NCBI GenBank assembly: GCA_049720225.1
Contig: JBNASD010000001.1
Coordinates: forward strand, 15,162 to 79,161
Origin: Microgenomates group bacterium
GTDB taxonomy: Bacteria > Patescibacteriota > Microgenomatia > PFEM01 > JBNASD01
Direction: 5' to 3'
Length of the DNA stretch: 64,000 nucleotides
Both the position numbers and the translations under genes were made by a program. Below the pieces are notes generated by a model. That model worked only from the letters and a program-made list of their open reading frames with translations, made no database searches and had not been told where the DNA came from. Positions 9,052-17,552 of this stretch are shown here, piece by piece (the first letter of the stretch is position 1; each line of letters opens with the position of its first letter).

Positions 9052-9433
9052 AAAATTAGCAGAAGAATGGATTAAGGCAGCAGAACATGATTTAGATTGG
9101 GCAGAGGGAAGCTTAAAATTAAAAAAATTTGCCGGTGTTTGTTTTTTATCTCAGCAAGTAGTTGAAAAGTCGCTTAAGGCTTTTTTGTACTCTCATGGTG
9201 AAAATTTAAAAAAAATACACGACTTAGATAAACTTTTAATTTTAGCAATTAAGTATGCTCCTGAATTAGAAAGATTTAAAATAGCAACCGCTACTCTTTC
9301 TAGTTATTATTTACAAACCCGCTATCCCGATATTGGTAATATTGAGATTTTTAATAAAAAAAAATTAGCTGAAGAAGCTTTTGGTTGGGCAAAAGAAATT
9401 TTTAATATTATTAAAAATAAAATTAAAAAATAA
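9032..9433 (+). CDS. HEPN domain protein (HepT-like toxin partner)
   Basis: 133 aa. HEPN (PF05168-type) C-terminal ...LSSYYLQTRYPD. It overlaps the MNT gene by 20 nt, and its TAA is immediately followed by the proS ATG. Confidence 0.7.
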   Translation: MTKVIFKKLAEEWIKAAEHDLDWAEGSLKLKKFAGVCFLSQQVVEKSLKAFLYSHGENLKKIHDLDKLLILAIKYAPELERFKIATATLSSYYLQTRYPDIGNIEIFNKKKLAEEAFGWAKEIFNIIKNKIKK

Positions 9434-11128
9434 ATGCGCGTCTCTTGGCTTTTTGGAAAAACGACTAAAAGTGTTCCGGCGGATGCCAAAATTCCTTCCC
9501 ATAAATTTTTATGGCAGGGAGGATTTATTCGTCGTTTTTCCACCGGTAGGTGGGGAATTTTACCTTTAGGAATGAGGGTATGGGAAAAGGTTTACCGAAT
9601 TATTGATGAGGAAATGAAGGCGATTGGGTGCCAAAAAATTGTTGTTCCTACCTTACACCCAATTGAGATTTGGCGGGCAACCAATCGTGATCAAGCTTTT
9701 GGGGAAGAGATGTTAGTAATCAAAGATCATCATGGGGCTACTTTTGCTTTAGGAGCGACCGCCGAAGGGATGATGGTTGAATTGGTAAAAATGTTTGCTC
9801 CTTCTTATAAAGACTTACCGATTTTAGTTTATCAATTTTCCCAAAAGTTTCGTGATGATAAGCGTCCTCGGGGAGGAATAATGCGGGTAAGAGAATTTAT
9901 GATGAAAGATGCTTATAGCTTTGCTCGGTCTGAGAAAGAGGCTTTGGAGATTTATTGGCGATTTTATGAAGCTTATTTACGAATTGCTAAAAAATTGGAT
10001 TTACCAGTAATTCCGGTAGAAGCGGATTCAGGAGCAATTGGTGGGAGTTTATCTCATGAGTTTCAAATTGAATCAAAATATGGAGATCAAACCTTTTTTG
10101 TTTGTGATTCTTGTGGTTATGCGGCCAATGCAGAAAAAGCGGAGTTTAAGCGAGTACCGATAAATCCCGAAGAAGAAGAAAAACCATTTAAAATCATTCC
10201 CCAACCAGAATGGGTGTATACAATGGAGGATAATGTCAAACATTATGGTGAGCCTTTATGGCGATACTTAAAAAATGTTGTTTATAAGGATGAAAAAGGA
10301 AGGATTATAATTGCTTCTTTAAGGGGAGACCAGAATGTTAGCGAAACAAAATTAAAAAGAGCCGTGGGGGCTAGCCAATTAACCCCGGCTACCGAAGAAG
10401 ATTTAGCAAAAATTGGCACTAAGCACGGTTATGTTCACTCGTGGGGACATAAGGGAGTAACTTATATTGGCGATTTAGGTTTACCGATGGTTAAAAATTA
10501 TATCGGTGGACAAAAAGAAGAAACAACCGATTCAATTAATGTGAATTATGGGCGGGATTTTAAATATGAAGTTTTGGCGGATATTGTCGAGGCAAAAGAT
10601 GGCGATCCTTGTGCTCGTTGTCAAAATGGAAAATTACAACAAAAAACTGGTTTTGAGTGGGGTCATTGTTTTAAGTTAGATCATGTTTATTCTAAACCCC
10701 AAGAGGGATATTTTACCGATAAAAACGGGAATCCAAAACTTTTTTGGATGGGTTCATATGGAATAGGAATGGAAAGAACCATTGCCTGTCTTGTAGAAAC
10801 TCACCATGATTCGCGGGGAATTATTTGGCCTTCAACAGTCGCTCCTTATCAAGTTTATCTTATTTATCTTAAAAGCGAGCAAAAAAAAGTTAAACAAAAA
10901 GCAGAGGAGGTTTATGAGCAATTAATTAAAGAAGGAGTAGAAGTTTTATATGATGATCGGGAAGACGTTTCTGCTGGAGAAAAATTTGCCGATGCGGATT
11001 TAATTGGTTGTCCAGTAAGATTGGTTGTTTCGGAAAAAACTAAAGATAAAATTGAATGGAAAGGAAGAAAAGAAAAACACCCCTTACTTTTAAGTGAAAA
11101 AGAATTAATTAAAAAACTTAAATCTTAA
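9434..11128 (+). CDS. proS: prolyl-tRNA synthetase (bacterial type, reduced editing insertion)
   Basis: 564 aa. Class II motifs and an N-terminus MRVSWLFGKT...PADAKIPSHKFLWQGGFIRR like bacterial ProRS. Confidence 0.9.
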   Translation: MRVSWLFGKTTKSVPADAKIPSHKFLWQGGFIRRFSTGRWGILPLGMRVWEKVYRIIDEEMKAIGCQKIVVPTLHPIEIWRATNRDQAFGEEMLVIKDHHGATFALGATAEGMMVELVKMFAPSYKDLPILVYQFSQKFRDDKRPRGGIMRVREFMMKDAYSFARSEKEALEIYWRFYEAYLRIAKKLDLPVIPVEADSGAIGGSLSHEFQIESKYGDQTFFVCDSCGYAANAEKAEFKRVPINPEEEEKPFKIIPQPEWVYTMEDNVKHYGEPLWRYLKNVVYKDEKGRIIIASLRGDQNVSETKLKRAVGASQLTPATEEDLAKIGTKHGYVHSWGHKGVTYIGDLGLPMVKNYIGGQKEETTDSINVNYGRDFKYEVLADIVEAKDGDPCARCQNGKLQQKTGFEWGHCFKLDHVYSKPQEGYFTDKNGNPKLFWMGSYGIGMERTIACLVETHHDSRGIIWPSTVAPYQVYLIYLKSEQKKVKQKAEEVYEQLIKEGVEVLYDDREDVSAGEKFADADLIGCPVRLVVSEKTKDKIEWKGRKEKHPLLLSEKELIKKLKS

Positions 11129-11151
11129 TTTTTTTCTTTGACACTTTTTGC

Positions 11152-11172
11152 CACCTGTCCAAAATTGTCAAT
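11152..11172. repeat. 21-bp direct repeat copy 1 (CACCTGTCCAAAATTGTCAAT)
   Basis: Matches 11672..11692 at 18/21 positions. The two copies bracket the pseudogene, and a TAATTAA is adjacent to each copy. Confidence 0.6.
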
Positions 11173-11621
11173 TAATTAATATCGAAAAATTCTTTAAATG
11201 GTTTATCATTTTCTATTTTGGAGACGACAAAAATTCTGACATACTTATCTATTCCTAACAAACTTCTTAAAAATTCAATTTCCTTTTCGCAAGGATATGC
11301 GTGAAGAAAAAGACTTTGGTGGAGAGGAAAAAATCCTAATTTTCGAAGATAAAACTGAAAAATTTTTCTCTGAAAATTAAACTTTTTTTGGAATATCGTA
11401 ACTTATTAAATACCATTTGCCGTTCCAAAATGAAGGTTTGGTAATTTTTAATTCATCTAAAGCAAATTTGAGAATTTTTTCTTTACCTTTTTGGGTAATT
11501 TTTACAATTTGATATTTGCCCTCATTTTTAATTTCTATTAACTTTTGGTTTTCTAATCTTAATAAAGTTCTTTTAAGATAGGGGATATTGAATCTTTTGA
11601 AAGCAGATTTTTCTTCTTCAT
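11172..11621 (-). pseudogene. frameshifted gene for a winged-HTH + Cas2-like (ferredoxin-fold) putative regulator
   Basis: Minus-strand frame A gives ...SAFKRFNIPYLKRTLLRLENQKLIEIKNEGKYQIVKITQKGKEKILKFALDELKITKPSFWNGKWYLISYDIPKKV*. Frame A+1 continues ...QRKIFQFYLRKLGFFPLHQSLFLHAYPCEKEIEFLRSLLGIDKYVRIFVVSKIENDKPFKEFFDIN*. The frames switch at a 7-nt homopolymer (11383..11389). The only ATG (11621..11619) is in yet another frame. The YDIP...R...L...G...Q.S.F pattern resembles Cas2/VapD-fold domains. Confidence 0.45.
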
Positions 11622-11671
11622 TAAAAATTTTTTTTAAACCCCTTTGGAAGGTTAGGAGCGACTAATTAAGA

Positions 11672-11692
11672 CACCTGTCTAATTTTGTCAAT
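11672..11692. repeat. 21-bp direct repeat copy 2 (CACCTGTCTAATTTTGTCAAT)
   Basis: See copy 1. It lies just upstream (on the minus strand) of the pseudogene start, so it could be an operator. Confidence 0.6.
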
Positions 11693-11772
11693 GAAGGTTA
11701 AGGGGAAATTAGTTTTATTTTATTTTTGAAATTAATTGACTTTTTATGGTTTTTTAAGATATCCTTTTTTAA

Positions 11773-12747
11773 ATGAAAAAAGATAAACCCAAGGTAGTAG
11801 TAATTGGTGGGGGAACAGGAACTTATACCGTTTTAACAGGCTTGCGCGATTACCCAATTGATTTAACCGCAATTGTTTCAATGTTCGATTCCGGTGGTTC
11901 CTCAGGTAGACTAAGAGATGAGTTTGGGGTTTTACCACCGGGCGATGTTCGCCAGGCATTATTGGCTTTGTCCTCTTTGCCATTAGAAAAAATAAGTTTA
12001 CGCCAACTTTTTGAATATCGCTTCGAAAACGGAATTGGTTTAAAAGGACACTCTTTTGGTAATCTTTTATTAACCGCTTTAACTGATATTACTGGCCGAA
12101 TTGATTTAGCCATTGCCGAGGCGGAAAGAATTTTGGATGTAAAAGGAAAAGTATTGCCTGTTTCTTTAATTGACTCTAATTTATGTGCTCGTTTGGAAGA
12201 TGGAACGATTATTAAAGGAGAAAGCAATATCGATATCCGCCGAGTAAGGCCAGAACTAAAAATTCTTGATGTTTTTTTGGATCCGCCGGCGCGGATTTTT
12301 TCCTTAGCCAGAAAAGCCATTCTTCAGGCGGATTTAATTGTTTTGGGTCCGGGTGATCTTTATACTTCTTTAATTCCTAATTTATTAGTAGAGGGAGTTT
12401 CCCAAGCAATTTTTCGTTCTAAAGGGGAGGTAATTTATGTTTGTAATTTAATGACTAAACATGGGGAAACAGATGGATTTGCGGTTTCTGATTTTATTAA
12501 GGAGGTAAAAAGATATTTAGGAAAAGGAGGGAAAAAATTAAAAAAAGTATTAGTAAATAGTTGGTGGAAAATTCCCCCCAAAATTTTGCGGCGATACCAC
12601 CAAGAAAAGTCTTATCCAGTAAAATATGACCAAGAAAATTGTCAGAGGTTGGGATTAGAAATTATTAGTCTTCCTTTAGCGAGCGCCGGTAATCTTTTTC
12701 GTCATGATCCCCAAAAATTAGCTCGGGCAATTATTGATTTGTTATAA
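11773..12747 (+). CDS. YvcK/CofD-like (UPF0052, gluconeogenesis factor family)
   Basis: 324 aa. N-terminus KVVVIGGGTGTYTVLTGLRDY...FDSGGSSGRLR is typical of the YvcK/CofD family. Confidence 0.75.
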   Translation: MKKDKPKVVVIGGGTGTYTVLTGLRDYPIDLTAIVSMFDSGGSSGRLRDEFGVLPPGDVRQALLALSSLPLEKISLRQLFEYRFENGIGLKGHSFGNLLLTALTDITGRIDLAIAEAERILDVKGKVLPVSLIDSNLCARLEDGTIIKGESNIDIRRVRPELKILDVFLDPPARIFSLARKAILQADLIVLGPGDLYTSLIPNLLVEGVSQAIFRSKGEVIYVCNLMTKHGETDGFAVSDFIKEVKRYLGKGGKKLKKVLVNSWWKIPPKILRRYHQEKSYPVKYDQENCQRLGLEIISLPLASAGNLFRHDPQKLARAIIDLL

Positions 12748-12752
12748 TCTTT

Positions 12753-13607
12753 TTGATGAAAAAAATTATCACCCATATTAATCCTGATTTAGATGCGGTT
12801 ACCGGTGTTTGGTTAATTAAAAAATTTTTGCCCGAATGGGAAGATGCCGGGATTGATTTTATTTCAGCGACACCTACTGGGGAAAAAATGCCGGATGTCG
12901 ATAAAGATCCTCAAGTTTTGTACATTGATGTGGGGCGAGGAAAATTAGATCATCACCAAACAAAAAAATATCTTTCTGCGACTAAACTTTGTTGGCAATA
13001 TATTTTAAAAAAAAGAAAAAGTCAGCCATTATCTTCTTTAGATTTAAAAGCGGGAGAAAAATTAGTAGAAATCGTTACCCAAGTCGATAATGCTTATGAT
13101 ATTCATTGGCAAGAAAGTCAAGAATTTCGCTATTGTTTTTATTTCCACAACATTATTGATGGTTTAAGAGGATTAAGTTGGAGTGATAGGGAGGTAGTTG
13201 ACTTTTCCTTTTGTGCGCTGGAGGCAATTTTTCTTCAAATTAAAAATAAAATTAAAGCTCAAGAAGAAATTGAAAAAGGAGAAGAATTTGAAACTTGTTG
13301 GGGAAAAGCGTTGGCGGTAGAATCTTCTAATAAACAAGTGATTTGGGAAGGGGAAGTAAAAGGATACGTTTTAGTAGTAAAAAAAGATCCAGAAAGCGGA
13401 AAGGTACAAATTTATGCCCGTCCTGATTCGAAAGTAGACCTTACCCAGATTTATCAAAAAATTAAAAAAATCGATCCTGATTCTGATTGGTTTTTACATT
13501 CTAGTAAAAGATTACTTCTTAATCATTCTTCGGTCAATCCCAATATGCGGCCAACAAAATTAACTTCGGAGCAAATTATTAGGTTGTTAAAAAAACAAAA
13601 AATTTAA
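12753..13607 (+). CDS. DHH-family phosphoesterase-like protein
   Basis: 284 aa. HINPDLDAVTG and a DHH motif (GKLDHHQTK). Confidence 0.5.
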   Translation: MMKKIITHINPDLDAVTGVWLIKKFLPEWEDAGIDFISATPTGEKMPDVDKDPQVLYIDVGRGKLDHHQTKKYLSATKLCWQYILKKRKSQPLSSLDLKAGEKLVEIVTQVDNAYDIHWQESQEFRYCFYFHNIIDGLRGLSWSDREVVDFSFCALEAIFLQIKNKIKAQEEIEKGEEFETCWGKALAVESSNKQVIWEGEVKGYVLVVKKDPESGKVQIYARPDSKVDLTQIYQKIKKIDPDSDWFLHSSKRLLLNHSSVNPNMRPTKLTSEQIIRLLKKQKI

Positions 13608-13637
13608 GTTATAATATATATTTGCTATTTATTATAT

Positions 13638-13847
13638 TTGAGTTTTTGGGGAGGGGGTGGATTTAAACAAATGGCAACCGTTGTTAGGAAAAAACCAGGA
13701 GATACAATTGATTCTTTAATTGCCAATTTTCGGCGAAAAGTTTTGGCAGATAATATTTTGTTAGAGCTTAAAAAGAGAGAATTTTATAAACCGCCTTCCG
13801 TTCAACGGAAAGAAAGGTTAGCCGCCTTAAAAAGAAAAAGGCGTTAA
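13638..13847 (+). CDS. rpsU: 30S ribosomal protein S21 (true start probably ATG at 13671, MATVVRKKPGD)
   Basis: KPGDTIDSLIANFRRKV...ERLAALKRKRR is typical of S21. A strong GGAGGGGG Shine-Dalgarno lies upstream of 13671. Confidence 0.8.
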   Translation: MSFWGGGGFKQMATVVRKKPGDTIDSLIANFRRKVLADNILLELKKREFYKPPSVQRKERLAALKRKRR

Positions 13848-14297
13848 ATGCTTGAAGAAAAAATTCGTCAAGATTTAGCTTCGGCTTTAAAAAAAGGAGA
13901 GACGCTTAAAGTTTCTACCTTAAGATTTTTGTTGGCGGAAATTAAAAACGAAGTGATGGCAAAACAAAGAGAATTAACAGATGAGGAAATTGTTGCTATT
14001 ATTCGCCGTCAGATTAAAAAAAGAGAAGAATCGATAACCGCTTTTCAACAGGGAGCTCGCGATGATTTAGTAAGGAAAGAAAAAGAAGAAATAAACATTT
14101 TGAGTAAATATCTTCCTCAGCAGCTGTCTTCTGAAGAATTAGAAAAAATTATTAAGCAGGCAATTGCGGAAATAAATGCTAAAAACCCAGCGGATTTTGG
14201 GAGAGTAATGGGAGCGGTAATGGGAAAGGTTAGGGGACAAGCAGATGGATCATTGGTCTCAGAGATGGTAAAAAAAGAACTAGAGGGAAATCGTTGA
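13848..14297 (+). CDS. GatB/YqeY domain protein
   Basis: 149 aa. The YqeY pattern (LKKGETLKVSTLRFLLAEIKN...) is commonly found next to rpsU. Confidence 0.75.
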   Translation: MLEEKIRQDLASALKKGETLKVSTLRFLLAEIKNEVMAKQRELTDEEIVAIIRRQIKKREESITAFQQGARDDLVRKEKEEINILSKYLPQQLSSEELEKIIKQAIAEINAKNPADFGRVMGAVMGKVRGQADGSLVSEMVKKELEGNR

Positions 14298-14358
14298 AAG
14301 TGGAAAATTGTAAATTGAAAATTTTTACTTGATATATTTTATTACTATTAAGTTATAA

Positions 14359-14706
14359 TTGACAGAATCAATGTTTTCCATTAATTTAATATTTGTAGAT
14401 CAAAAAACAATTTGGGATTTAAACAAAAAATATCGTCAGGTAGATAAGCCGACAACAGTTTTGAGTTTTTATTATGGTTTTGAGGAGTTTCCTAAAAAAG
14501 GGGCAGGCAAAAATAAAAATAATCAAGAGGTAGTTATCGGGGAAGTTTTTATTTGTCCTCAAGAGGCAAAAAAACAAAAATTAGCGATTAAAGATTTAGT
14601 TATCCATGGAATCAACAACCTTTTATCTCAAATACAGACCGAAAAAAATATCCGAATTAGATTTAACCGAAGTTCGGGAAACTCTTCAAAAGATTGCCAA
14701 AAGTAA
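14359..14706 (+). CDS. YbeY-like N-terminal fragment lacking the HxxxHxxxxxH zinc triad; overlaps dnaX by 100 nt
   Basis: DKPTTVLSFYYG matches the YbeY core (DxPTDVLSF). Where HGxLHLxGYDH is expected, the frame reads IHGINNLLSQIQ and runs into the dnaX start. Confidence 0.35.
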   Translation: MTESMFSINLIFVDQKTIWDLNKKYRQVDKPTTVLSFYYGFEEFPKKGAGKNKNNQEVVIGEVFICPQEAKKQKLAIKDLVIHGINNLLSQIQTEKNIRIRFNRSSGNSSKDCQK

Positions 14707-16084
14707 AAAAATCCCCCATGCTTTGTTGTTTACCGGACCTAAGGGAACAGGAAAAACTTCTACCGCGAGAATTTTGGCTAAATTAATTAATTGTCTTCAA
14801 CCTAAGGAAGACGAGCCCTGCAATCAATGTTCTGCTTGTGAAGAAATAAACAGTGGAGCCAGTTTAGATTTAATTGAAATTGATGCCGCTTCTAATCGAG
14901 GTATTGATGATATTCGTGATTTAAAGGAAAAAATTAAGCTCTCTCCTGTAAATTTGAAATATAAAGTTTATATTATTGATGAAGTTCATATGTTGACAAC
15001 CGAAGCGTTTAATGCCTTACTTAAAACGTTAGAAGAACCACCTTCTCATGCGGTTTTTATTCTCTGTACCACCGAACCAGAAAAAATTCCGGAAACCATT
15101 GTTTCTCGTTGTTTAAAAATAAATTTTCGGAAAGCAAAACCAGAGGAAATAATTAATGCTTTAAAAAGGGCAGTAAAAGGAGAAAAAATTAAAGTAGAAA
15201 AAGGAGTATTAGAGGCAATTGCTTCCTCTGTTGATGGTAGTTTTCGTGATGCCCATAAAATTTTAGAACAATTAGCTTTAGAAGGAAAGGAAATTACTTT
15301 AAAAGAAACAAAGAGAGTTTTAGAACAAACAGAAGATCTATCACCGGAAAAATTGTTAACTTTTATTATTGAAGGAGAGACGAAAAAAGCCCTTCAAGAA
15401 ATAGAAAGAGTAGTAAGCGTTGGGGGAGATATTAACCATTATCTTTTAAGAATGCTTTATTTATTAAGAAGTGGATTGTTAGCGCGAGTAGGAATTGAGG
15501 AAGAAGAAAAAGAGGTATTAAAGCGATTAAATTCTTCACAAATTAAAAGTCTTATTAATTTATTTACCGAAGTAGCCGGGGAAATTCGTTATTCTCCCAT
15601 TCCTCAATTACCGTTAGAAGTAGCGGTAGTGGAGTGGATTGAAAAAGAAAAAAATAAACAAAAAGAGAAAAAAGTTAACCAATTGCCAGAAGAGGACGAA
15701 AAAGATTCTTTTAAAGATTCTCAGAATAAAGATCAACGTCATCCTTTAAGATTAATTGAGACAAAATGGAGTGAAATTTTAACTAAAATAAAACCTAAAA
15801 ATCATTCAGTGGAGGCTCTTTTAAAAGCTGCTCGACCCCACGATTATCGTAATGAATATCTTATTTTAGAAGTTTTTTATAAATTTCATAAAGAACGGTT
15901 AGAAACAGAAAAATGCCGCCGGATAGTCGAGGAAACGATAGAAGAGGTAGTGGGAATACCAGTGAGATTAAGATGTATTTTGGGGGAGAAAAAAGAAATG
16001 AAAAAAGAAATTCCTCAAGAAGAAGTAAATGAAGAAGAAGTAATAAATTTGGCTCAAGAAATTTTTGGTGGTAAAATAGTTTAA
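14606..16084 (+). CDS. dnaX: DNA polymerase III subunit gamma/tau
   Basis: YLKYRPKK, Walker A GPKGTGKTS, DEVHML. 492 aa. Confidence 0.9.
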   Translation: MESTTFYLKYRPKKISELDLTEVRETLQKIAKSKKIPHALLFTGPKGTGKTSTARILAKLINCLQPKEDEPCNQCSACEEINSGASLDLIEIDAASNRGIDDIRDLKEKIKLSPVNLKYKVYIIDEVHMLTTEAFNALLKTLEEPPSHAVFILCTTEPEKIPETIVSRCLKINFRKAKPEEIINALKRAVKGEKIKVEKGVLEAIASSVDGSFRDAHKILEQLALEGKEITLKETKRVLEQTEDLSPEKLLTFIIEGETKKALQEIERVVSVGGDINHYLLRMLYLLRSGLLARVGIEEEEKEVLKRLNSSQIKSLINLFTEVAGEIRYSPIPQLPLEVAVVEWIEKEKNKQKEKKVNQLPEEDEKDSFKDSQNKDQRHPLRLIETKWSEILTKIKPKNHSVEALLKAARPHDYRNEYLILEVFYKFHKERLETEKCRRIVEETIEEVVGIPVRLRCILGEKKEMKKEIPQEEVNEEEVINLAQEIFGGKIV

Positions 16085-16113
16085 ATTATAAAATTAATTA
16101 AAAGGAGGAAAAA

Positions 16114-16395
16114 ATGTTTGATAAATTTCGTCAACAATTAGGTCAATTGGGGGAATTAAAAAAACTTCGCGATCAGGCAATGGCTTTAAAAAGACAATTA
16201 GCCGCCGAAGAAGTGGTGGTTGAGGAGGAAGGAGTAAAAGTGGTAATTACTGGCGACCAACAAATTAAACAATTAGAAATAAAAGGAATTAGTAATCAGG
16301 CTCTCATTGACGTTTTAAATAAAGCAATCAAAAAATCCCAAGAGCTAGCGGCAAAAAAACTTCAAGAGATAGGGGGAGGATTATTAGGAGGATAA
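16114..16395 (+). CDS. ybaB: nucleoid-associated protein YbaB/EbfC
   Basis: 93 aa, typical YbaB. Conserved dnaX-ybaB-recR order. Confidence 0.85.
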   Translation: MFDKFRQQLGQLGELKKLRDQAMALKRQLAAEEVVVEEEGVKVVITGDQQIKQLEIKGISNQALIDVLNKAIKKSQELAAKKLQEIGGGLLGG

Positions 16396-16437
16396 AAAAT
16401 TTAAAAAGCTTCTTTTAAAATCAATTACTTCTTCGTT

Positions 16438-17073
16438 TTGTTTAAAAATGATAAAATTAATTTTATGATTTTACCCAAAGCCATTCGAAAGTTAATGGAG
16501 TCTTTTGAAAAATTGCCGGGAATTGGACCAAAAACTGCCGCTCGATTAACTTTTTATTTACTTCATCTTCCCCAAAAGCAATTAGAAGAATTTGCCCAAT
16601 CTCTTTTGGATTTAAAGAAAAATACTGTTTTATGTTCAATTTGCTATAATGTTTCTGAGACTGATCCTTGTCCAATTTGTAGTGATGTTAATCGGGACAA
16701 AGGAACAATTTGTGTCGTTGAACAACCATTAGATGTTTTAGCAATTGAGAAAGCAGGGAAGTATAAAGGGGTTTATCATGTTTTACATGGGGTAATTAAT
16801 CCGTTAGAGAATATTGGGCCAGACGAGCTTTATATTAATCAATTGTTAGAGCGGTTACGAGTTGATGGGTTACGGGTTAAAGAAGTAATTTTGGCAACTA
16901 ATCCAACGATGGAAGGAGAAGCAACGGCGATGTATCTTAAAAATCAATTTAAAATTTTAAATTTAAAATTTAAAATTACCCGGCTGGGCCAAGGTTTACC
17001 AACAGGAGGGGATTTAGAATATGCCGATGAAATGACTTTATCGCAAGCGCTTGAAGGAAGGAGGGAATATTAA
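16438..17073 (+). CDS. recR: recombination protein RecR
   Basis: HhH LPGIGPKTAARL, the C4 zinc finger CSICYNVSETDPCPIC and a Toprim domain. The true start may be the ATG at ~16465. Confidence 0.9.
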   Translation: MFKNDKINFMILPKAIRKLMESFEKLPGIGPKTAARLTFYLLHLPQKQLEEFAQSLLDLKKNTVLCSICYNVSETDPCPICSDVNRDKGTICVVEQPLDVLAIEKAGKYKGVYHVLHGVINPLENIGPDELYINQLLERLRVDGLRVKEVILATNPTMEGEATAMYLKNQFKILNLKFKITRLGQGLPTGGDLEYADEMTLSQALEGRREY

Positions 17074-17552
17074 TGAAAGCGCAAAGCGCAAAGCTCAAAG
17101 CTCAAAACTTAAAAAAATTTATTCCGCCACCACCGCCACCATTTGAAACTTTACAACAACCAAAAAACCCAATTGAGGAGCCCTTTTTCCCTTCTTCAGC
17201 AGTTTCCTCACCCGAGGCAGATAGTCAAGCGCAAAAATTAGCCGAAATGAAAAAAGCAGATGAGGAGAAAAGTCGGCAGTTAGCCAAAAAAATTATTGAA
17301 GAATTAGAGCAAGAAATTGCCAAATGGCGAAAAATTAGGGAAGAGCAACTAAAAGCGCGTCGCCAGCCACCAGAGCAACAAGGCAGTCAAGAAAAAATGG
17401 AGGGAGAAGAAAAACAAAATCAATTACCCCCTCTTCAAGAACCAACGACTAAACCTAAACGAGGATTATTTTTTGGTTTTTGGGGTCGGCGAATCAAATC
17501 CGCCCAACAACAATCCCAACCAGAAAAGGTAGGAAGGAGGGTGGGAGGATAA
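17073..17552 (+). CDS. hypothetical Pro/Gln-rich low-complexity protein
   Basis: 159 aa. Its ATG overlaps the recR TAA (TAATG). It starts with a 7-mer x4 repeat (AAAGCGC/AAAGCTC) encoding KAQSAKLKAQ, then a PPPPPP run and a coiled-coil-like middle. Confidence 0.4.
   Translation: MKAQSAKLKAQNLKKFIPPPPPPFETLQQPKNPIEEPFFPSSAVSSPEADSQAQKLAEMKKADEEKSRQLAKKIIEELEQEIAKWRKIREEQLKARRQPPEQQGSQEKMEGEEKQNQLPPLQEPTTKPKRGLFFGFWGRRIKSAQQQSQPEKVGRRVGG

Noticed and set aside
11375-11395. Possible programmed ribosomal frameshift at the A AAA AAG-like heptamer (CCAAAAAAAG) joining the two halves of the wHTH/Cas2-like gene.
   Set aside because: The required shift is +1, not the -1 that this heptamer promotes. 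The N-terminal ATG is also out of frame, so multiple lesions (a pseudogene or homopolymer assembly errors) are more parsimonious.
11744-11983. 79-aa minus-strand ORF overlapping the start of the yvcK-like gene.
   Set aside because: Mostly antisense to a well-supported gene; no motifs. The genuine decayed gene in this gap is the wHTH/Cas2-like pseudogene further left.
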